From the NCBI GenBank assembly GCA_040880105.1, contig JBBDJA010000014.1, positions 50,624-114,623 on the forward strand: a stretch of DNA of 64,000 nucleotides, in the 5' to 3' direction. Made by a program: the position numbers and the translations under genes. Of the stretch, positions 27,617 through 34,374 are shown piece after piece. Numbering within the stretch: position 1 is the first letter of the stretch; the number at the start of each line of letters is the position of its first letter. The notes beneath the pieces were generated by a model that was not told the origin of the DNA, ran no database searches, and was given only the letters and a program-made list of their open reading frames with translations. Origin of the DNA: Waddliaceae bacterium. GTDB taxonomy: Bacteria; Chlamydiota; Chlamydiia; Chlamydiales; SLOH01.

Positions 27617-28742
27617 TGATCTTAAACAAATTTTATTGGATCTATCTGTTCTAGACATCAAGCGCTACTTGCTAGCACAAGGCTGGTCACTAATAGATCA
27701 AATTCAAGATAAAGCCTTGATGCTTCAACATAAACAATATTCTGAAGAGCTAATTCTCCCAATGAGAAAAGAACTTGGTGACTTTTCTATTAGGATGGCG
27801 GAACTCTTTAAAACTTTATCTTTAATTAAAAATAGGCAAGTCCTCTCACTTATAAATGATATCAATATGTCAGGAACAGATATAATAAGAATAAGAATAA
27901 CAAAAGAAGCGACAGATGGAACCTTGCCTTTTAATACTACTAGCGAATTGTTTAATAATTCAAAAGAAATGCTATTATCAGCTGCTTCGGCAGTAAACAA
28001 TCCTCAAAAAATATATAGTTCGAGAAGAACAGACGAAGTTCAAAATTTTATCAACAAACTACGGGTCGGCCAAACAGAGTTTGGTAGTTATATTTTAACA
28101 TTTTTGTCTCCTGTTTCACCAAAGTTGTCAGAGCAGCTATCCCTTTTCCCCGATATGGAAGTCGACGATGACCCTTTTTCAAGACAAACAACAAAAATGC
28201 TTTTAAAAGCACTTATTGCTGCAAAAAAGGCTGCTGCAGAATCAATTACAAGCAATAGTATTGAACCATTTGAAAAGGCCATATCTCAAGGAGTCAGTGC
28301 GAATTTATGTGACTCCATTGCAAATATTGTAAATAAAGCTGGATCAACTGAAATATCTCTTACCTGGGCTAGCAATCGTCCTATTTCTAATTTTAAAAAT
28401 ATAGAAAAAGTATTTTTTGATAATGAAACGGCAGAAATACTTGGTGAAGTTGCTCGCACTTTTAAAAAAAATGAACCAATACAGAATCACTCAATTACGG
28501 GGTGGATTTACAAGCTACGGCATGATCAAAATGATCCTGAAGGGACGATTTACATAAGAACAACAATTGAAGAAAAAAACAGAACTGTAAAAACACAGTT
28601 ATCTGAAAATGACTATCAAAAAGCCTCAAAAGCCCATAGTGACAGAAATCTAATAACAATAACAGGTGAATTAATTATTCGTGATAAAAATGCTGAGTTA
28701 TTATACCCAAGAAACCTAATAATAGAAAATTACGATGACTAG
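27609..28742 (+). CDS. Hypothetical 377-aa protein, no recognisable domain, embedded between hsdS and hsdR
   Basis: Start moved to the ATG at 27609 ([28 protein letters not shown]), an 8-nt overlap with the upstream gene. Its own end overlaps the hsdR start by 8 nt. Clean long ORF with normal composition. Confidence 0.7.
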   Translation: MINDLKQILLDLSVLDIKRYLLAQGWSLIDQIQDKALMLQHKQYSEELILPMRKELGDFSIRMAELFKTLSLIKNRQVLSLINDINMSGTDIIRIRITKEATDGTLPFNTTSELFNNSKEMLLSAASAVNNPQKIYSSRRTDEVQNFINKLRVGQTEFGSYILTFLSPVSPKLSEQLSLFPDMEVDDDPFSRQTTKMLLKALIAAKKAAAESITSNSIEPFEKAISQGVSANLCDSIANIVNKAGSTEISLTWASNRPISNFKNIEKVFFDNETAEILGEVARTFKKNEPIQNHSITGWIYKLRHDQNDPEGTIYIRTTIEEKNRTVKTQLSENDYQKASKAHSDRNLITITGELIIRDKNAELLYPRNLIIENYDD

Positions 28743-31700
28743 CCAATTATCTGAAGACATAGTAGAGCAAGCCACACTTTCCTGGCTTAAGGGTTTAGGT
28801 TATGAGATTGCCCAGGGACCCAACATCGCCCCCGACAGCCCATCTCAAGAACGAGTAAACTATTCCGATATTATTCTTGAAGACAGACTTCGATCCGCTC
28901 TATTTACTATAAACCCAAAGATTTCTTCCGAGCTCCTAAATGAAGTCACTCGCAAGGTAGTCAGCACACAATCCCTTGATCTTTTTGAAGACAACCGCAT
29001 TTTTCACCAAATGTTAGTTGATGGCATCGATGTTGAGTACCAAAGAGACGACGGCTCTATTGCAGGGGACAAAGTTTATTTGATCGATTTTGAAAACATC
29101 CAAAACAATAGCTTCTTGGCCGTCAATCAATTTACGGTTATTGAAAACAAACGAAACCGTCGCCCTGATATCATCATCTTTATCAACGGCATGCCTCTTG
29201 CTGTTATTGAACTCAAAAATGCAGTTAATGAAAACACTACGCTGAACCAAGCCTATAACCAATTTCAAACCTACAAAAAAGACATTCCCTCCCTTTTTCG
29301 GACAAATGCATTTCTTGTCATCTCTGATGGAATAGAAGCCAAAGCAGGATCTTTGACCGCCGATAAAGAACGGTTTATGCCTTGGAGAACAATTGACGGG
29401 TCAACAATTGCTCCGAAGGGTAAAGCAGAACTGGAAGTATTGCTGAAGGGTATGTTTCGACATGATGTTTTCTTGGACCTGATTCGAAATTTCACTGTTT
29501 TTGAGGTCGATGCAGAAAAAATCGTTAAGAAGGTTGCTGCCTATCATCAATATCATGCTGTCAACAAGGCGGTAAGCTGTACAGTCGATGCTTCTTCTCC
29601 AGAGGGAGACAAAAGAGCAGGCGTTATTTGGCACACTCAGGGGTCAGGAAAGAGTTTGTCAATGGCTTTTTATGCTGGAAAAATTATCCAAGAGACGGGA
29701 ATGGAAAACCCGACCTTGGTTGTTCTGACTGATAGAAATGATCTTGACGAACAACTATTCAATACGTTTTCGAACTGTAAATCACTGTTTCGCCAAACAC
29801 CTGTGCAAGCAAACAACCGAAAGCACCTGATCGACTTACTCTCGGTCGCTTCTGGTGGTGTCATTTTTACAACCATACAGAAGTTTAACTCTGAAAAGGG
29901 AGAAGAGTATCCTTTGTTGTCGGATCGTCGAAATATCGTAGTCATTGCCGATGAAGCGCACCGCAGTCAGTATGACTTTATCGATGGTTTTGCTCGTCAC
30001 ATGAGAGATGGACTTCCCAATGCCTCCTTCATAGGGTTTACAGGAACGCCTATTGAATTTTCGGATAAAGACACGTATGCCGTTTTCGGAGACAATATTC
30101 ACACCTATGATATTCAACAAGCCGTTGACGACGGAGCGACTGTACGTCTCTATTATGAAAGTCGTTTAGCTAAAATTGAGTTAAACGAAACTGAACGCCC
30201 TCATATTGAACAAGAATTCGAAGAAATTACGGAACGTGAAGAAGATAATCTCAAGCAGAAACTCAAGAGTAAATGGGCAAGATTGGAAGCTCTTGTGGGT
30301 GCGGAAAATCGCATCAACCTCCTTGCAGAAGATATTATTGAGCACTTCGAAAGGCGAAGAGAGGCAATGGAAGGTAAAGGAATGATTGTTTGCATGAGCA
30401 GGCGCATTTGCGTTGAGCTTTACAAGGCAATCATTAAATTGCGTCCTGAATGGCATAGTGATGATGACAATGAAGGTCTTCTGAAAGTTGTCATGACGGG
30501 TTCTGCGAGCGACCCACAGGATTTTCAACCCCATATCCGAAACAAGAAGGCTAGAGATCATTTAGCACTACGTGCTAAGAAACCTGAAGATTCCCTTAAA
30601 TTAGTGATTGTCCGTGACATGTGGTTGACAGGGTTTGATGCCCCTTGCATGCATACGATGTATGTGGATAAGCCGATGCGGGGTCACGGATTGATGCAGG
30701 CTATCGCCCGCGTAAATCGAGTATTTAAAGATAAGCCAGGTGGGCTAATTGTTGATTATTTAGGTATTGCTGACTTTTTAAGAAAAGCCCTTGCTAATTA
30801 CACTGAACAAGACAGGGGAGAAATAGGTGTCCCCCAAGAAGAAGCAGTTGCTGTCATGCAAGAGAAGTTTGAAATTGTTCAGCAATTATTTCATAACTTT
30901 GACTATTTATTAGCTATTGACGGGACTCCTACTGAACGTCTCAGTATGATACCGGCAGCAATGGAACATATCTTATCTCAAGAAAATGGACGTGAACGCT
31001 TCATGCAGTCAAGTCTTGATCTTTCAAAAGCTTTTGCCTTGTGCGCTGCAAGTGAAGAAGCTAAATCAATACGGGATCAAGTCGGATTCTTCCAAAATAT
31101 TCGAGCTGCTTTTGCAAAGTCCACCCTTGGTCCAGGAAAAGGATTGGATGAGCTAAATACAGCTCTTCAGCAGGTTGTATCCCGAGCTGTCGCTTCAACC
31201 GAAATGATAGATATTTTCGGCGCTGCGGGTCTGAAAAACCCTGAAATATCAATTCTTTCAGACGAGTTTCTCGTTGAAATCAAGGGAATGGAACGAAAAA
31301 ACCTGGCCCTTGAAATGCTTAAAAAACTTCTCAAGGATGAAATTCGTACACGGTCGAGTAAAAATGTGGTTCAAGCCCGAAATTTTACGGAGATGTTGGA
31401 AAGTACGATCCAAAAGTATCAGGGGCGTTTGATTGAAACGGCTCAAGTGGTTGAAGAGTTGATCGAGCTTGCCAAAGATATTCGTCAAGCTAATGAAAAA
31501 GGGAAAGAACTTGGTCTTAGTGAAGATGAATTTGCCTTCTATGATGCCTTGGGTGACAACAAAAGTGCTAAAGATGTGCTTGGCGACGATCAGTTAAGAG
31601 AAATTGCGAGGGAGCTTGCAGACTCGATTCGCAAAAATACTACAATTGATTGGACGCTCAAGGAAAGTGTTAAGGCGAGGTTGCGTATCCTCGTCAAACG

Positions 31701-31803
31701 CATCTTGCGCAAATATGGCTACCCGCCTGATTTACAAGAGAAGGCTACTCTGACAGTACTTGAGCAAGCAGAATTGCTTTCTAACCAGTGGATGAAGACT
31801 TAA
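28735..31803 (+). CDS. hsdR: Type I restriction-modification system, restriction/translocase subunit
   Basis: 1022 aa. HsdR N-terminal nuclease region ([18 protein letters not shown]), Walker [13 protein letters not shown] box [10 protein letters not shown], helicase C motifs ([14 protein letters not shown]). Confidence 0.95.
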   Translation: MTSQLSEDIVEQATLSWLKGLGYEIAQGPNIAPDSPSQERVNYSDIILEDRLRSALFTINPKISSELLNEVTRKVVSTQSLDLFEDNRIFHQMLVDGIDVEYQRDDGSIAGDKVYLIDFENIQNNSFLAVNQFTVIENKRNRRPDIIIFINGMPLAVIELKNAVNENTTLNQAYNQFQTYKKDIPSLFRTNAFLVISDGIEAKAGSLTADKERFMPWRTIDGSTIAPKGKAELEVLLKGMFRHDVFLDLIRNFTVFEVDAEKIVKKVAAYHQYHAVNKAVSCTVDASSPEGDKRAGVIWHTQGSGKSLSMAFYAGKIIQETGMENPTLVVLTDRNDLDEQLFNTFSNCKSLFRQTPVQANNRKHLIDLLSVASGGVIFTTIQKFNSEKGEEYPLLSDRRNIVVIADEAHRSQYDFIDGFARHMRDGLPNASFIGFTGTPIEFSDKDTYAVFGDNIHTYDIQQAVDDGATVRLYYESRLAKIELNETERPHIEQEFEEITEREEDNLKQKLKSKWARLEALVGAENRINLLAEDIIEHFERRREAMEGKGMIVCMSRRICVELYKAIIKLRPEWHSDDDNEGLLKVVMTGSASDPQDFQPHIRNKKARDHLALRAKKPEDSLKLVIVRDMWLTGFDAPCMHTMYVDKPMRGHGLMQAIARVNRVFKDKPGGLIVDYLGIADFLRKALANYTEQDRGEIGVPQEEAVAVMQEKFEIVQQLFHNFDYLLAIDGTPTERLSMIPAAMEHILSQENGRERFMQSSLDLSKAFALCAASEEAKSIRDQVGFFQNIRAAFAKSTLGPGKGLDELNTALQQVVSRAVASTEMIDIFGAAGLKNPEISILSDEFLVEIKGMERKNLALEMLKKLLKDEIRTRSSKNVVQARNFTEMLESTIQKYQGRLIETAQVVEELIELAKDIRQANEKGKELGLSEDEFAFYDALGDNKSAKDVLGDDQLREIARELADSIRKNTTIDWTLKESVKARLRILVKRILRKYGYPPDLQEKATLTVLEQAELLSNQWMKT

Positions 31804-31824
31804 ATTGTTAAAACTAGGAAAAAT

Positions 31825-32832
31825 ATGACCTCACAAAATTTTTGGATGATTCGAGCTGGAGCAGGCGGTAGAGTGATCAATGATTTCAAAGAAAAAAATC
31901 TGGTTGCTATTGGATGGTGTGAATCGATTGATCTTTCTAAGATTTCAACAAAACAAAATATTAAGGATTTAATCGCTTCAACTTATCCTGAAAATTCCCA
32001 ACATCAAAATAACATGATCGCTGGTCAAGTGTTTCGCTTTGTGCATGAAATAAAAGTCGGTGACAGAATAGTAACCTACGATTCAACGATGCGATCCTAT
32101 CTTGTCGGAAATGTCAGCACAGGTGCCTATTTTGATCTGTCGCAAATACATTCAATGCCTAACTGTAGACAGGTTGAGTGGAAAAATGAGGTTTCACGCG
32201 ACTTACTGTCTGTGAACGCTAAAAATTCCCTCGGGAGCATCATGACATTATTTAGAATATCTCCTGAAATCTCTTCCGAATTACTTTCTTGTGTTAAAAA
32301 TTCACCATTACAATCCCATCAAGAGCCCAACAATGATGTTATCGAAGATGAGGCTGATCTTTTGAAAGATGTGCAAGCCCGATCTCTTGAATTTATTAAA
32401 GACAGAGTTAGCAGACTTGATTGGGAATCTATGCAAATCCTTGTAGCGGACATTTTAACGGCAATGGGATATAAAACCCGAATATCACCTCCTGGCTCCG
32501 ATAGAGGAAAAGATATCATCGCTTCGCCTGATGGTTTTGGATTTGAACAACCTAGGATTGTTGTTGAAGTTAAGCACCGAAAAGGAAAAATGGGCGCACC
32601 AGAAATCCGTAGCTTTTTAGGAGGACGTCACAAGGATGATAAAGGGCTTTATGTTAGTACTGGCGGCTTTACTAATGAAGCACGTTATGAGGCAGACAGA
32701 GCGACAATACCGCTTACTTTAATGGATCTTGATGATTTAGTCATCGCTCTGGTCGAAAACTATGACAGTATGAGAGTAAATAGTAGGGCTCTTATCCCTT
32801 TGGAAAAAGTTTACTGGCCAATTGATAATTAA
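31825..32832 (+). CDS. Mrr-type (type IV-like) restriction endonuclease with an uncharacterised N-terminal domain
   Basis: The C-terminal Mrr_cat pattern is ILVADILTAMGY...GSDRGKDIIASPD...PRIVVEVKHRKGKMGAPEIRSFLGG...GLYVSTGGFTNEA. The N-terminus is FWMIRAGAGGRVINDFKEKNLVAIGW... Confidence 0.85.
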   Translation: MTSQNFWMIRAGAGGRVINDFKEKNLVAIGWCESIDLSKISTKQNIKDLIASTYPENSQHQNNMIAGQVFRFVHEIKVGDRIVTYDSTMRSYLVGNVSTGAYFDLSQIHSMPNCRQVEWKNEVSRDLLSVNAKNSLGSIMTLFRISPEISSELLSCVKNSPLQSHQEPNNDVIEDEADLLKDVQARSLEFIKDRVSRLDWESMQILVADILTAMGYKTRISPPGSDRGKDIIASPDGFGFEQPRIVVEVKHRKGKMGAPEIRSFLGGRHKDDKGLYVSTGGFTNEARYEADRATIPLTLMDLDDLVIALVENYDSMRVNSRALIPLEKVYWPIDN

Positions 32833-32919
32833 AAAAATATGATAGAATACACTTAAGATGAGATCATTAAAAATTTTTCCTACTCTTCAAGAGACTCAAG
32901 AAAAAAAGACTTAGAGTTA

Positions 32920-33285
32920 CTAGCTATTGTTATCAGCTTTAGGAAAAAGACAATTTGCTACAACTAATCCAAGAGCTACGACTTCCCCAAAAAATGTTAC
33001 CATAGCGGTATGAGGCAACCAAGAATAATTTCCGAAATCTAGAATCCCAAATCCTATCAGAAAAACCATGACCCAAATTGCAAAAGTTGACACCCCAAGT
33101 ACCCCACCAATTATCCAACTCCAGCGGCTTTGCAAACTTATTGTCTGTTCTTTTTCCCGGTTTTCCAGCTCTCTCTTTTTATTTTCGTGGCTTATAAGGT
33201 TTTCAAGGTCTTTAATATCATCTGGGGGAGAACTGCTTTTTAGACGAATATCTTTGATAATTTCGTTATAAATACTTTTATTCAT
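32920..33285 (-). CDS. Small membrane protein (charged coiled N-terminus, 2-3 TM segments), coupled to the ImmA/IrrE protease gene
   Basis: 121 aa. WSWIIGGVLGVSTFAIWVMVFLIGFGIL and AMVTFFGEVVALGLVVANCLF. Its start overlaps the upstream gene end by 8 nt. Confidence 0.6.
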   Translation of the reverse strand: MNKSIYNEIIKDIRLKSSSPPDDIKDLENLISHENKKRELENREKEQTISLQSRWSWIIGGVLGVSTFAIWVMVFLIGFGILDFGNYSWLPHTAMVTFFGEVVALGLVVANCLFPKADNNS

Positions 33286-33766
33286 TGCCCCTCAATAAAA
33301 GACGCCGATAACCAATTACTTCCTTTGAAACTGCAAAAAATCGGGCTAACTCGAAATCTGAATATTTATTTGCATATAGCGCTAACTGTTGAAGGGGTAC
33401 TAATATATTTGCAGCGAAGCAGTTAGCTTCTTTTTCACGGTTGTCTTCTTCTCCCCTGATAGGCTTACGGTAAAAGAGCGTTAATGATGGGTCTTCTCGG
33501 ATTAATTCTTTATGTAAAATCCAATGGCCTAATTCATGTGCGACAGTAAATCGTTTATGGGTGGAAGAGTCATTATTGTTTAAATATATTTTTTTGTTAT
33601 CAATATCGAGTATTCCTGATAGAGCCTGCCTTTCTCCAAAGTCAACATCTCTTACTGTAAGTCCGAATGATTCAGCGATTTCAATAATAGGGACTGGCGG
33701 GGATGTTAAATTCCAGTCCATCCAGATCTTTTTGGCTTCATCTCGAGCCTTTAAGTAATCAGCCAT
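33278..33766 (-). CDS. ImmA/IrrE family (COG2856, DUF955) zinc metallopeptidase
   Basis: 162 aa. HExxH motif in FTVAHELGHWILH, downstream EKEANCFAANILVP, typical of the family. Confidence 0.8.
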   Translation of the reverse strand: MADYLKARDEAKKIWMDWNLTSPPVPIIEIAESFGLTVRDVDFGERQALSGILDIDNKKIYLNNNDSSTHKRFTVAHELGHWILHKELIREDPSLTLFYRKPIRGEEDNREKEANCFAANILVPLQQLALYANKYSDFELARFFAVSKEVIGYRRLLLRGNE

Positions 33767-34157
33767 TTCTTTTGATTGCTCATATTAGATTGTTGGCTAT
33801 CAAGTTTAGTATCTTTCTTAATTGACTAGCAAGTAAACAGATTTTTTTTAACTCGAAGACCTATTTATAAATATTTTTTTTTGATTCTAGGATCTTAAGA
33901 ATTTGAAAAATGAAATGAATGCGACAAAAAAGTTATGAACAATCCGAAAAATCCCCTTTCGAAACCCCCTTGTTCTTGTTCTATTTTGGTGAAGGGGAGT
34001 AGATAAAGAGCAAATATAGCTCGTCTCTCTCGGAAAAATCGCCTTTAAACCCCAACGGCCACACCACTTCATTGATTTTTGGAAATTTTTTCTATGGATA
34101 TAAAGGGTTCAAACTCATAGATCTTGCATATTCCAAGGGCAAAATAGTTCGATAATT

Positions 34158-34173
34158 GTCCGGCCACCGGCAC
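34158..34173 (+). repeat. Island direct repeat, right copy (attR-like)
   Basis: gtccggccaccggcac, identical to 23542-23557. Confidence 0.7.
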
Positions 34174-34175
34174 TT

Positions 34176-34222
34176 CACCGGACAAAACCTCTTTAAAGAG
34201 GTTTTGTCCGGTGTTTCTTTTT
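34176..34222 (+). terminator. Orphan rho-independent terminator (probably the original tRNA-Leu terminator displaced by the island)
   Basis: Perfect 38-nt palindrome caccggacaaaacctcttt/aaagaggttttgtccggtg followed by tttcttttt. It starts 3 nt after the right direct repeat, and there is no plus-strand gene upstream of it. Confidence 0.6.
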
Positions 34223-34374
34223 GTTAAATAAAAAATAATACTATATTCTCAAGATTTATCAATTTAGCTTCATTCTAGCCTTATTTTGATAAAGCTTCAG
34301 GGAGATTTTTTCTCAAAGGGATCAATCGGCCTGTAAGTGAAGTCAGTACATGGAAGTTTGAGGAGTAAACGATT

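Larger units (their letters stand above)
23542..34173. mobile_element. About 10.6-kb tRNA-Leu-associated genomic (defence) island; no recombinase gene present
   Basis: An exact 16-nt direct repeat, gtccggccaccggcac, lies at both ends (the tRNA 3' end and 34158-34173). The content is exclusively restriction/defence-type genes. An AT-rich ORF-free 530 bp sits next to attL. An orphan terminator sits just outside attR. Confidence 0.65.

Noticed and set aside
33887-34072. 61-aa minus-strand ORF at the right end of the island, considered as a recombinase/excisionase remnant
   Set aside because: The translation (MKWCGRWGLKAIFPRETSY...) has no recognisable integrase or Xis features. It is probably non-coding.
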